Shown: in pieces, positions 12,809 to 25,489 of the stretch | How the letters are laid out: each line of letters opens with the position of its first letter | Numbering within the stretch: the first letter of the stretch is position 1 | From: Camelus ferus | Taxonomy: Eukaryota | Direction: 5' to 3' | Assembly: GCF_009834535.1 (NCBI RefSeq) | Contig: NC_045696.1 | Span: forward strand, 75,392,001 to 75,456,000 | Length of the DNA stretch: 64,000 nt | Position numbers and translations under genes: made by a program | Notes under the pieces: model-generated | Told to the model about the DNA's origin: nothing | The model's input: only the letters and a program-made list of their open reading frames with translations | The model's database searches: none

Positions 12809-13869
12809 AGAGAAATTGTTATTTACTTCTTATAAATGTATATATAAACAAAATCATATACAAAGTCCTCTATTTCTGGAATATCTAAAGGAGACATACA
12901 AAAATGATGTAGAAAAAAAAAAGAATCATTCTGCAGGGGAAAGTTCAATGTAAATTAACTTGAAGGGGAATTAGTGATGCATGTGGGAGAAGGTCATCTG
13001 AAATAAGAGACCTGTTGAATGATTTCCAACTGTATTTGTAAAACTAGATGATCCATGATCTGGTAATTACATGATCATGCCTATAATAAGAAAGTAATTA
13101 AAATATTTTAGTCAATCTACTTATCTGATTTGTATGAGCTTAGGGTGATATATAAAAGCTGGCAGAACTTGAGAATGTAACCTCTAAATTTGGGCAAAAA
13201 CTTCCGATAAAAATTATATTTTGATGAGATAGAGCTGTGGAAATTACAATGCACTAAGGCTAAATAAATGGTGAAGTGTAGGGACTTTGATTTAAAATGA
13301 TGTTCCTAAAGGGGATGACATAAATATATGCAAATAAAGTTTTTCCCAGTGAAACTAGTCTTGATAATGCACTCTCCATTGAACACCATGAGTACGTATT
13401 ATAAGCGTTTTTGGATTACTCACAGTTTCAAAAAATGTAGGATTGGTTGTTATCTACCTGGCTTGGGATCCAATGTTCTTCCCTTCACTCTACTTTATAC
13501 TAGTAATGATCATAATCCCTTATTGTCTAAAATTGCTTTTACATTCCTTATATCGTATTGGCTTTTACCATATCAATAATCCTGTGGAGTAGGAATCCTA
13601 GCCAATTGCTGTCATTTCTTACTGTCACTAGAACTTATTTTCATCATCTTGGATTTATGCTTCTACATGTTTGTAAATTGATTATTCATAGCTCATAATA
13701 GCTAGTATACATATTTTAAGCTTGATATATTCATTTTAAACTTGGTTGGGAGGAGAACTAATGTAATATCTTAGTAGTCTTGCTAAATTTTTCTTATGGT
13801 TATTACATAACCCACTACTGAACCACACTGCTCATTCTATTCCTCTTAATTATTGGGTACAACTTCCTT

Positions 13870-14150
13870 CTGTAACCTTACCCTGCTAAAATTAGCATCT
13901 CTTCCCCCTCCCCACTCCCAGGTATTCTTATTATATATTTAATATTTCCATAGCATTTACCACCAGCTGAATTTATCTCATTTGTTTATTTTCTTACTCT
14001 TATTATTGTTTCTCCCAACTAGAATGAAAGCATCATGAAGGCAGGGACTTTAATAAAAAATCTTGTTCATCTTTAATAAAAAATTGTGTCATCTAGTACA
14101 TAGAACAAAAGGTGATGAGTGAATTAATGAATGTGTGGATGAAAGAGAAA
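13870..14150 (+). mobile_element. L2 3' end
   Basis: 'ctcccaactagaatgaaagcatcatgaaggcagggacttt', ends 'tgaattaatgaatg'. Confidence 0.8.
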
Positions 14151-14169
14151 AACCAAACAGTCATACTTT

Positions 14170-14560
14170 GAGCCACATGACCCGTTCCTCCTGATGATCA
14201 AAGCCAGCTGGACAATGGTTGGGCACATGATTTAAGGGCAGCCAATCCTTAAGTTCCACAGGAATGTATGACATGGCCTGGTATAAAAGACAACGTATAG
14301 AGAGCAGCCCTAAGGTAGAGTCTGAGGCCAAGTTGGGTAAGCACAGGTAGAGTATGAAGAAGTGCTCATAAAGCAGAGAGAGAGAAAAGATATGCAAGGG
14401 AGAAAGAAAGCTCACGAGGTTCTGTAGTGAGAGGAAGAGGAGCCCTGTGAAGAGCCAAGTTAAAGTGGTGGAGACAAAGAGTAAGGAGGCACAAGCCCTG
14501 CTGTCTGGGGCCTCACTGCCACCTGGGTCTGTAAACAAGCTTCTGCTTCTGGCTCTTCCT
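14170..14560 (+). mobile_element. Possible MLT1 (ERVL-MaLR) LTR remnant
   Basis: 'gggcacatgatttaagggcagccaatcctt' resembles MLT1 'gggcatgtgacccaagctgggccaatcag'; the rest is poorly alignable by eye. Confidence 0.35.
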
Positions 14561-14879
14561 CCAGGAGGACCTGCTCTGCCTGGCATCTTCTTGTCTGTGA
14601 TAAAATGTGTTTCCTTGGTTTGTGTACCCTTAGTGGACCTGTTTTTACACCTGAAAGTACCTCAGTCAGCTATCCTACCTGATGTGTACTTTAGAATGTA
14701 ACATGTTCCATTCTGTTCTTGAAAAAAATCATCTAACCTTGGAACAAGATTTTATGGTTTTAGAGTGCTTTAATGCATATTATGCCATTTGTTCCTGAGA
14801 GTAACTCCTCTCTATAAAGTGGTTCTTGATTTCCTCTGGATGGGGAGTTTCTGTACTTGATCTATGTTGATCTCTCTTT

Positions 14880-15010
14880 TAGCATGACTCAGGGTTTATT
14901 TGTACAAATGCTTTACCTTTGCTATTAGACACTCAGTATCTAGAAGGCAGAGACTAAGTCTTGTTTATTGCATTGCTTATAGCATTTAGTATGGTGCATC
15001 ATAACATTTT
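14880..15010 (+). mobile_element. L2 3' end fragment
   Basis: 'ctagaaggcagagactaagtcttgtttattgcattgcttatagcatttagtatggtgc'. Confidence 0.6.
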
Positions 15011-15924
15011 TGCAAAATAAAATCTTTGTTCCAATATTGAACTGATTTTAAGATTTAATGTAAAGAATTTCCATGAACTCTGATTACAGTTATTTATACT
15101 AATGAATTAGACCTTAAGTTATGAATTTTGGAGTTGTTATTTGAAATATTTCTTTCCTCAAATATGTATGTATGTAAATATTTTCTCAAATATTTCTATT
15201 TGTGGTTATATTTGCATTATAACCCTCACAATGTCCACAATAGTTTCTGGAGAACCTCCTATTTTGTTGTATGAATTTGTAAATAAGTGATCCAAAAGAA
15301 CACTAAAAGCAGGCATTCAATTATAAAATTAGTGAACTAGGTGCTAGATCCATTTCTTTTATTTATTCCAAGCCTTTGTTTAGATTTTATTCTTCAAAAT
15401 CATAACTTTTCATACTATATCTCAATGAGGTTCTTCAGATTTGGTGACTGCATTTCTTACTATGTAAGTGGTGTTCAGAGGACTGACTCTGGGGTCCATA
15501 ATGTCATTCATTATCCAAAGGATTCATATTTGCCTCAAAAACACTGGAATTTCCCTTTGTTTCATCTTGCTATTTTACTTTTAAAGATACAAAACTGAAG
15601 AGGGGTGATAAAAGTATTCCAACAACCAAAATGCAAAAGATTACAAGTCTTGCTCAAGGGCAGAAGAGACAGCACTAGAATTTTGCATAAGATGAATAAA
15701 TCTCCTTTTTCATTCTCATGAGATGATTGTGATCTCATATGTTGGAGATACTTGGTAATCTTACATTAATATTAGATAGAATAGAGTGTAAGAATAACAT
15801 TTGGTCTTCAGGTGGTAGTGCCTTGAAAAAATCACGAATTTCTGTTTCTTAGCTACTCATATGTTTCTTTAGAATACCCATTTCTTAATGGGTATTTCTT
15901 AAATGGCTGTTCATGCTTTCACTA

Positions 15925-16520
15925 ATTATTTGGTAAACATTTATCAAGCACCTGCTATATATTGCAATGTATTGTGCTAGGAACAGGGGCAATAAGATAA
16001 AACATAGAAAGATACACTCAAACAACTGATTACAAAATCCTGTGATAGGTGCCAACGTAGAATCTAATAGTTAACTCTAATCTAGATGTGGACAAAGGAG
16101 AGAATCATCAACCCGGCTTTGTGGAGGAGCAGAAAGATGCTCGAGGAATCTTACAGACAGACGCTTGAACTGGCTTTGAAGAAAGAGTAGAGTTTTTGAT
16201 AGAAAAGAGTAGAGTTTTTGAAGAAAGAGTAGAGTTTAGAAAAGAAGGGAGATTATAGTCAGAAATGTGGTGAAGTAAAATGATATGGACTATCCTGGAT
16301 AACTGCAAAGTTATTCATTTTAACTGGAAAAAGAAAGGCAAGTGTTGGAGAAGGAGTTTGGAGAGGAAAGGATGATTAGTTCATGGATGGCTTGGAAGGT
16401 CAGCCTAAGAAATGTATTCTTTATCCTGAGGAAACTAGGGAACCATTGGGAGGTTTTGAAAAAGGAATGGCAAGTTCAGAGTTTCACAATATCAAAGGTA
16501 ATGCGGTGGGGGCAAGGCTG
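15925..16520 (-). mobile_element. L2 LINE, with an internal 20-22 bp tandem triplication
   Basis: 'aaacatttatcaagcacctgctatat...tgtgctagg', 'aggaaactagggaaccattgggaggttttgaaaaagg'. Confidence 0.75.
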
Positions 16521-16877
16521 GGATGGGGAGATTATTCCTCAAATTGATATGTGTTGACAGCATTTTAGAGCAAAGATTGCAAGTGAAATAATATATTACT
16601 ATCAATTGCTATTATTATTGTTCACACACATAGCAATTTTAAAGTTCAGAAATTAAGGGTTATTGGCTAGAACAAGTTTAAGCAAATGATTAAATACCAT
16701 TCCAGAAAGCACATTATGTCTACCTGTCCACCTGCCTATCCCTGTCTTCACTTCAGCACAGGAAAATAAAGTGGAGATACACTGCAGAATATGTGAACAC
16801 ATGTGAAGAGAGGCAAGTGGATTATTTCCTACTTTCATGGAGAAGGTGTGTCTGATAATGTGTGTTCATAGGAACAT

Positions 16878-17090
16878 GAGGAATAGTGGTGTAGAATAGG
16901 GCTTGAATCTGTGGAACTGGGCTTAAGATCCAGTTCTAGCACACACTAGTTACGTGACTTTGAAAAGTTAACTGATTTCTCTGAGCCTCAGTTTGTTCAT
17001 CCTTAAAATGGGGTAAGTGATTCCCACCTTATCTATTTTAAATGGTCATTGTGAGAATCCACTGAGATAATGTCTTAAGTACAGAAGTGG
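16878..17090 (+). mobile_element. MIR SINE
   Basis: 'ctagttacgtgactttgaaaagtt', 'tctctgagcctcagtttgttcatccttaaaatgggg'. Confidence 0.85.
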
Positions 17091-17806
17091 TTAATTTATG
17101 TATGCTTTCAAAACAAGGTATTCCTGAAGAATACCAATAGCAAGAGATCATTATTAGATGATCATTAGAACATTATTAGACAATCTTTCTTCAAAATGCT
17201 TAAGTACAACTATCTACTCTAGAAACTAACTTACTATCTTAGGTTTATCCCTCTCTGATTTGTTTTCCACTGTATAAATTGATGTACAAATGTAAGAATT
17301 AACTTTTATGAGTGATGGTGAAAATTTTACCATTTTGAATGCTACAATGATTGTTTCTTCAAGCAACAAGACATTTTCTAGGATTAGCTGCATGGAATAC
17401 ATGCTAAAGAACAGTAGTTGGATCAGAGCACATGATTTATTTTTAATTACACCTTTAAAAAAGGGAAATAATTTTGTACAGAGGAAAGAGAATTTCAGGT
17501 GGAATCATATCACTTGCTCATTTAACTGACTCAATTAGGCTATGAAATTATATCTACAGGAAATGTAGATTCACACATCCATACAATTCACCTCACTTAC
17601 AAATATTCCTTCAATATTCCATCACTGAATATTTACTTAACACATTATTAGAGGTTGCTTGGAAAGATACATCAGCATTAGAATTGGAACTTCAAAGCAT
17701 TTCCAGCGAAACTTGAAAGCATTTGAAACTCTGGTAATCTTAAAAGCTTAGCCATATTTTATGTTCTCTTTATCTGCAAAGTAATTACTGTGGCAGGATC
17801 ATATAG

Positions 17807-17853
17807 AACTGACTAGAGCCCAAGAGAAGAGAACTGTTGAGCTCTAGTCAGTT
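17807..17853. repeat. Inverted repeat / hairpin with a 13-bp perfect stem
   Basis: aactgactagagc (17807-17819) is the exact reverse complement of gctctagtcagtt (17841-17853); 5 further inner pairs around a 7-nt loop. Confidence 0.95.
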
Positions 17854-18737
17854 ACCTTTGTCCAAAGCTGCATGAACTGGCTTGTCCTGCTTAAGGGAAC
17901 TAAAATGAATATCCATAGATCTCACTATGATGATAAAAAAATGTCCACAAAAAAAAGAGCATCACAAAGAATTTTGTTTTTCTTCTTAATTTTAGAATCT
18001 GAAGATTTGAAACTCCAAGCAGTACTGTACCAAGACTGCTCAGGTTCACGGCCAGTAGATGGCTCTCTTTTTTAAAGCCAAGATGCTGTCCAATGTACTG
18101 AATTGAGGGGTTCAGATTAACCTGTATCATAAAGATGACTGAAGTAATGGAACTTTGAGGCCATTTCCTCCCTAGTTAGGTGAACTTGCATGGAGAGACA
18201 TAATCAATGTTTTAAGTGGATCTTCCTTGTCTCTATAATTAGGATGCAAGCTCATTGAGGTCTCATTTCATGCTTGCACATTTACATTGACTTTTCCTTC
18301 TGCCCTTATTTCTCATCTATGCTGCAAATTGATGATAAAGCTTGTGTTAGATCTAAATTATTTGATTGTAGGCAATGCTGACACATTTTACTGCATAACA
18401 CGCTTTTCCAGTTCTTCTTATATAATACTCTAAAGCATCTATCATAAGAAAAAACTGGGGTTATTTTATTTTATAACCATAATTTATGTCTTATTCCAAT
18501 CACATTATCTAAATTATTAGATGCCATCTATATTTTAGATGATGCTAGTCAAAAGGAGAGTTATAGAAAAAAATACTTGAGGAATAAAACTATACCCTAT
18601 ATATATACATGTATATACATGGGGCAACTAAAAAAATAGAAAGAATGGAAGTGTAATAAATTTGAGATTGTATTCAAGAGGCACATAAGGCCTCAGTGTT
18701 TTAAAAGTATGTGGTTCATTTGTGGAGGGCAACAGGG

Positions 18738-18940
18738 GAGACATGGTGTAATGGAAAAAGCACAAAATGTTTAAGTCAGAAGATGACTAGCTTTCTCTCT
18801 TGGGAAAAACACTTGAAGTCTGAATTTCAGCTTCCCAATCTGATAAAAATATAATATCCACTTCATAAATTTGTTGAATGATTACACTCTATAAGGTGAT
18901 ACAGGTAAAAACTTTTATGTAACTTGTAATGTAAGGTAGT
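18738..18940 (+). mobile_element. MIR (MIRb/c-like), degraded
   Basis: 'catggtgtaatggaaaaagcac...agtcagaagat', 'aatttcagcttcccaatctgataaaaat'. Confidence 0.65.
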
Positions 18941-19120
18941 ATATCTTTTTGGTCAAAGCCCCTTTTGTTCTTGGTAAAGTCCATGGATTTGATTACTTAT
19001 TTCCTCCTCTTTTTATAAAAAAGAAAACTGCCACATTTCATATTTCTCTTGACAGCGTTTCTTTGTGAGGAGGTTTTTGCTAATGCTTTTTGCTCTCTTT
19101 CCATTTACTCTTTGCTTCAG

Positions 19121-19189
19121 GATCAAGTGTTCAGCCTTTTTTCCCCCTCCACAATGGCTGTTGATAATGAAGTGGACAGGAACTAAGGG
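19121..19189 (+). other. Candidate 69-nt exon of an unidentified transcript
   Basis: Branch-like 'gctaat' near 19079-19084, long pyrimidine tract ending 'tttgcttcag', donor 'GG|gtaaag'. Confidence 0.25.
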
Positions 19190-20379
19190 GTAAAGCCTTT
19201 ATTACGCTGATTTATGAACAAAGGAAACTTTTAGCAAAGGCAAAAGGCATCATTATTGATCTCAGTCCAGAAAGAACTTTGAAATATTTTAATTACAATG
19301 AGCTTCTGTTGCTACAGTGTTCATTTTAATAAGACTTGATTTTCTAGTTTTATCGTTAATGAAGCATTTCCACATTTTCTCCACTCACTTTTCCTTTCTC
19401 AAGCTAAATAAAAATCCACTCTTAGGAGCTGCTTCTTTTTTTTTTTTTGTAGCAGGGCATGGTGAATGATTTAAAAATAATGTGTAATGCATGGTCCTCC
19501 TTTAGAGAGTTATAATTTGTTTCTCTAACATAATTTTAAATACATGAAAACCAGAAAACCTTAAGAGAGAAGCTTAGAAGTTCTGATAGGCAGAACTTTC
19601 AAGTTAGTGATGACTTGCAAGGTGCTGAAAATATACTGGGAGTATTAGCCACAAACTAACTCATTCTGTGTATTAAGAGAAACCATCATTTATAGAAGAA
19701 AGAGCCTGTGCAGACCAGATTAAATGTGATAACTAACAAAAAGGAAAGCACATGTGGCTGCATTCTAGGTATCTTGCTCAATGTCAGGAACGGGAACAGT
19801 GTACTGTGAGAGTTATACTTCTGGGTAGTAACATGATTATTTCATTTTTCAGCCCCTTTATGATATAGATCAGGAAAAAAGGCAAGCAATAAAAAGATAT
19901 GAGTTGAAGGAAGCATAGATACAAAAACCATTGGCAGAATCAGTCCTGCATGATTGCTCAGGATGACTGAATTTTGAGGTAGAAGTTCTGATGTCTTCAA
20001 CTCTCTCAGAAGGTCAAAGACAATTAAATGTATCCCATCCCCCTAAATATTTACATTGGTAGAATTCTTTACCACTTACGAAGTGTTTTTATATATGTTA
20101 TCCCCTTAAATTAAAGAGTGCTTACAATGTTCAGTGTTCCACGTGGTGAGGAAAACACATTCCCTACCCTGAGAAAACATAGGTCCTGAGGCGGTCTGGG
20201 GCATGTAACAACTGACTACAGTATTTTGGAGGCTCAAGGAGAGAACATACAGAAGATATAAAAATAATTACAGTAGGGAACGATAGTTGACGTCTATTAT
20301 TTTGTTTCCTTGACATCCTATTCTTTGGGAAATTGCTCCTTTCTCTCATCACAGGATTCTAGAGAGAAGAGCACTCCTC

Positions 20380-20810
20380 TCCTTCCCCACACAGATGCAG
20401 TCACATGAGCCAAGGTGGCAAAAAAATGCCCTATCTTTCTAACCACTATAATTGGTCATTGTGATCAATGCAGGGCCAATTTAATCCAAGCAGGGGCCCT
20501 TGAATTCCTTTTGGGATAATTATTTGGATGTTTGAAGAGAGATCCTCTCTGTCTTTCTGAGGGCAAAGTCTATGTAAGTCTGAAACTGATGGTGGCTGCC
20601 TACTCTTAATACATGGAGAAAGACTTCTGGAAGATGTAGTCAGTCCAAAAGAAAAGGAGCCAAGAAATAGAGGATATTTTGGAGCAGCTGGATCTACCGA
20701 TGCCAAGGCTGGGCAACTCTTGACATTTTTACTTAAGAAGCCAGTATATTTCATATTTGCTTAGATATGTTTGTTTCTGCCATTTAAATCCTGAGTTCTG
20801 TATAATATAG
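20380..20810 (+). mobile_element. MLT1 (MLT1J/K-like) MaLR LTR
   Basis: 'gggccaatttaatcc', 'gagagatcctctct', 'tgtaagtctgaaactgatggtggctgcc', 'ggagcagctggatctaccgatgcc', end 'tttctgccatttaaatcctgagttctgtataata'. Confidence 0.75.
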
Positions 20811-21611
20811 AGACTCAATTCTTTTGAACCAAGTCCTAATTTCATCTACCTATCTATCACTCAACCTATCATCTTAAAGATTTCACTGAATACTCCAGTT
20901 AGGATAAATATTTATTAGTTCAATGGGTACTCCTTGAGTGTCTTTCAAGCACTGGGGAGGCACTGCTTATACTGTACTTCTCCCTCTGCCTTTTTTTTTT
21001 TTAATCACTTCTTTTAAGAGCTGTGAAATACTGACTGTTAAACTGAGTGAATATTCCTGTGATCATAGCATGAATGTCATCAGAAGGTTTTGTACTCTTT
21101 CAAGAAGGAATTCCATCCTCTCATACTGGATGCTTGAGATATCACTGGCATTTATAAGTGTATACTTGGAGGGATTTGCATTTTGTCTGTGATTTTAAAT
21201 GGATAAACAGAGAAGTGTCACGAAAAAAATAGCAGAAATACACTTCCAAGCCAGTATAGTTACACTTACAGAAGTGTAGTGACTATTCTAGTTTCAACAA
21301 TTATTCAAGTCTTTTAACTCTGAAACATTTGCAAACTTGCTTTGACCCAGATAAAGGGGAGAAAAAGACACTATTCTTTTTTCTGCCTTTTGATTACATA
21401 TCTTCATATCTATCTGTGTCTGATTATATATTACATTATAAACCAAGTCTTTATATTCATGGCAGGAACATGTGGGAATTAGACTTTCCATATGTTAATT
21501 TTCTAGGTAACTGAAAATTACCCCCTTAAGTGATAAAATTACTTTATAGCATTGAACTAGTTAAAGAGATCTTTTAAAATGCATTATATGTTTTCATGTT
21601 TTAAGTAAAGC

Positions 21612-21875
21612 ATAGTAATAATAATATAGCAACTATTTAATAAGTGGGTTCCATATGGTGGTCTCTGTGTTAGCCTTTTACATTTAACATTTCATTTAGA
21701 CCTACTTCTGTGATGGAAGAGATACAATACAATCCTTATTTAAGAGAGAAGTAAAATGAGGATCAGAATGGTTAAATAACTTAGCCAAGATCACAAAACC
21801 ACAAGGAGATAAAGTTGGGATTTGAACTCACATCTGTCTAACTCCACGACTGCTGTTCTTAACATGATGTTGCCA
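21612..21875 (-). mobile_element. MIR SINE, near full length
   Basis: 'aatgaggatcagaatggttaaataacttagccaagatcac', 'gggatttgaactcacatctgtctaactcc'. Confidence 0.87.
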
Positions 21876-23829
21876 TTAAGAACATGAAGTGTGTGCTTTG
21901 CAAAGATCAAATCATATTCTCCCTGGCGTTCAGGTATTCTAAACCATTTTTCCTGGTGCAAATGGCCTTACACTACTCTTTCTTTCGAATTATACCTGCC
22001 TTTTATAATTTTCTCTATATTTTCTCCCTTATTGTCAGAATGCTAACTGTAGCTCTTTGCTATTGTAAGTAGACCTGGCTGTAACAAAATGCATCCTTCA
22101 TTTCAGTAGATTGCTTCTTAGCTGCTTTAAATCTAAGTAAGTTTTCTAGGATAAGTGATTTCAGGTCCTTTGTATAGCCATGTGGAGGCAATAATGATGA
22201 TAATAATATAGTGATTATTTATTGAATATCTTCCATAAACCACTAGATGTATTATTTATGTGGTCTACTTAATCTTTACTTTTGACATTTCTATTGCTTG
22301 CTCAGGACTTTTTCCCTTTATTTCCTTGGTCTCATGTAGGTTTCAAACAGATGATATTGACTAGTAAATGATATCTTTCTTAAGTGAGGTACTTAGACAT
22401 ATTACATATATTATATATAATGTATTTATATATATACACTTACATATATGCACACTCAGGAGCTCTAATTACTTACACTGACCTTTTTGCCTCTGGTCAA
22501 ATATTGGCAAGGGTAAAGATGGGACTAAGAGAACCCAGAATGGTGATATCCCAAAGGCACCTTTGATAGAGTCAGCATGTGTTGGTTAGGAAATGATTTA
22601 ACTACTTTGTTAAGTGCTGAAAGGTTTGAAAGCATCTTGTTAATTCATATGATTATGCATTATTATGCATCCTCATCACCTAGAGCTACAAGAAGTAGGA
22701 AGTTTATCTTTAAATGAATGCGTCTCAATTATTCTAACACCAGTGTGTTTTGTTGTAATTGTTCCTTTGGAGCCATTAGGTGGTGGTTAATCTGTAGAAT
22801 ATGAATACACATTTTAAAGCACAAAGCTGCTTCATGACTTTTTGCAAAGTTTGAATTGTAAGTGTATCTTCAGTAAAATAATTTTTGCTGAAATATCCTC
22901 ACCCAAGCATCCTCACCCAAGAAAGACTCCCTGCATTATTATATGGATGTTTTAGGGGACATGGACCTAAGGGAAGGAAAGACCCTAAAGGGCAGCTAGT
23001 TCAACCATCTTTGGATACTTCAATTTATTCTTATGGTCGTCCCTGTCAGTGAGAGTCTGCCCTGCTCTAAAGGGATAATTCATTATCATTTTGTTTAATT
23101 TATCCACTCTCAATATTCTTGGAACTTTGGGAGTATTTTTTATTTTCTTATAATCATGTTCTTCTCTGTCTTGGTTGCCTGTTTCAGGGTTCTATCCCTC
23201 ACTAACAATTATAATCTTCAGTGTTGTTAAACATTGTAGTACTTCTAAAAATCAAAATTCTGCCAACCATGGGATTTATACTGTGATGATGTGATTTTCG
23301 AGAATCCCGATTTTCAGCATGACACTATCTGAGAAAAGCCAGAGCAGATGCTAACTGCTTACATTTGGAGATATAAATACTTTGATAAAGTGTATGTGGA
23401 AGTGGTGTAATCAATAGCTGTGTGTACCTGACCAAGCCTGTCAGGGTAATTTAATAGTTGGAACTGCTGGAAAGAACTGCACTCTTGGGAAAACAAACTA
23501 TATGACACAGCACCGTTTTGTGTAAATCTTCATGTCTAGAAGTGTGTGTTTATTTTTTTGGCAGGAAGATATGTTTATGGTTGCTACCATGGCCTCTGTC
23601 CATGCTTTAATTGACTTTCCTTGGAAAATTTTTGCCTTCTCTCTCAGGTAATTCTGCTTTGTATCATTTTCTGCCTTAGATAAACACATTTCAGGAGAGG
23701 ACTGCCACACTGTAAAACTTAGAAGTAGATTCTGGAGGAAGCACTGTGCTGAATCCTGATTGCCAGTGGCTGCTTGTATGATTTTTGCCTTCATTATGAC
23801 TTTTAATCTTTCTTGAACGGAACAGCACA

Positions 23830-24335
23830 TATTTACTTAAAATAGTTAAATAATACAGAAGAGCAGGAAGTAGTACATGATCTCGTCATCCCAGCTCCTC
23901 ACTTTCATTCTCTAGATGTAACTACTATCAACCACTTGGCAGATGTTAGTCCAGGCCTTTTATTACATACATACAGATGTAGATACACTTTATCAATAAA
24001 AAGTTGATTTGCTACATACCATATTTTTTATTTTTCACTTCATCTATTTCAATATTTTTATTGGAGTCAAGGTATTCTAGAATATAGATACATTGTTATT
24101 TTACTGAAGGACCTTTAGGTTGTCTGCAAATTTTCAATATTACAAATAATACTGCAGTGGAGACAATTGTACATAATATCCCCCCACACTTGTGGAGGTC
24201 TTCCTGAGGAATAAATGGCTATAAATGGAATTGCTGAAGCAATAATTTTGCTCCTTAAAATTTTTGATAGATTCTGCTGAATTACTCTCCAAAGTAATTT
24301 TTTATCGATTTGTAATCCATCAAAAGTATATGAGA
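23830..24335 (-). mobile_element. L1ME-type 3' end
   Basis: 'gtaactactatcaacc', 'tttaggttgtctgcaaattttcaatattacaaataatactgcag', 'atggaattgctgaagc'. Confidence 0.78.
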
Positions 24336-24337
24336 GT

Positions 24338-24495
24338 TGGGCAAGTTTACTAAATTGAGCTCTAATTTTCTTGTGTTATAATATGGGCACAAATATCTTT
24401 TTCTCAAGGTTTATGTGAGGATTAGATGAAATAGCTTGTGTAAAGCATCTGGCACTGTACCTGATGCAAAGTGGGTGCTTCATAAATCTTCTTTC
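24338..24495 (+). mobile_element. MIR 3' half
   Basis: 'tgtgaggattagatgaaatagcttgtgtaaagcatctggcactgtacctgatgc'. Confidence 0.8.
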
Positions 24496-25374
24496 CCAGG
24501 TTTTTACTTCTCTAGCTGCTTCACTTTACACAAAGCAACAGTGCAGCAATTATTAGTTGGATCCAGTTTTTCCATCTTGATTATAGTCAGTGTTCTCAGC
24601 ACTTCAATATTCATAGCTACATTAGTACTAAGTTTCATAAGTCAGAGTTGGTTCGGGTTACTATTGTCCTTATATTGTCATTATCCTTCTATGACACATG
24701 GTGCCCATTGTCATCAGAATTTCAATGTTTTACCAGTACTTTGCAGTCATCTTCTTGGTCTTCTTGTTGTGACTCTTAGTTTCCATAATTTTGGAGTTTT
24801 GAGACATGGATTTCTGTTTTGAACGATCCAACATCAAAATGTCCACATCTACTTGTTCAGACAAAATGTTATCAAGGCGGCTCTGAGAGATTTGCAGATA
24901 CTAAGTTCTGATGGTCTTCATCACTATGCCCACGCCAGTTACTCCTTAGTTGGAGGACTCTGGGGGTACTCTGGCAGTTACTTTCCTAAGTCCCCACGCT
25001 TCCACTGAGACCACCCGTACTTTCTAGGATTGACTATAACTCCCCCATACTTCATTTTTCATGGGGACTTAATTTACAACTTCTGTTGGTTACCATCTTA
25101 GAGCCGGGATGAGTCTTATCTGAGAAGTAAGATGTGATGCAAGACCAATCAGTAGAGGAGAAATGTCTTTCACCTTACATATTTTATGCACGTTTAATGG
25201 GACCCAAGTTTACAAGTTACCCTAGAAAATCATCCAGGTAGGGACACTTTTCTCTAAGAATGTGTGGGCTTTGTATCCCTCAGAATATGGTCCCCCAAGC
25301 ACCCCTGTGAGGTGCCCTCCCATCACCCATAACAGAACTCTTTTAAACCTTGAACAACTCTGAATACCAAACCT

Positions 25375-25455
25375 TAATATAATAGATATTTCTGCAGTGC
25401 TAACTCTGTGCACTGTTCTGAGTGCTTTACAAGTATTAACTCATTTAATCCTTAA
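25375..25455 (-). mobile_element. MIR tail fragment
   Basis: 'gcactgttctgagtgctttacaagtattaactcatttaatcct'. Confidence 0.75.
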
Positions 25456-25489
25456 TGGCTGCCCCTTATTTTCTGGTTCTGCAATTTAA

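Noticed and set aside
14048-14084. 14-bp direct repeat ctttaataaaaaat x2 in an L2 tail, plus short tandem duplications at 22895-22921, 32799-32818 and 36641-36662
   Set aside because: Ordinary 10-14 bp local duplication events, mostly inside decayed repeats; no shared motif or array structure.
18602-18617. 16-bp perfect palindrome tatatacatgtatata
   Set aside because: A by-product of a (TA)n-rich simple repeat.
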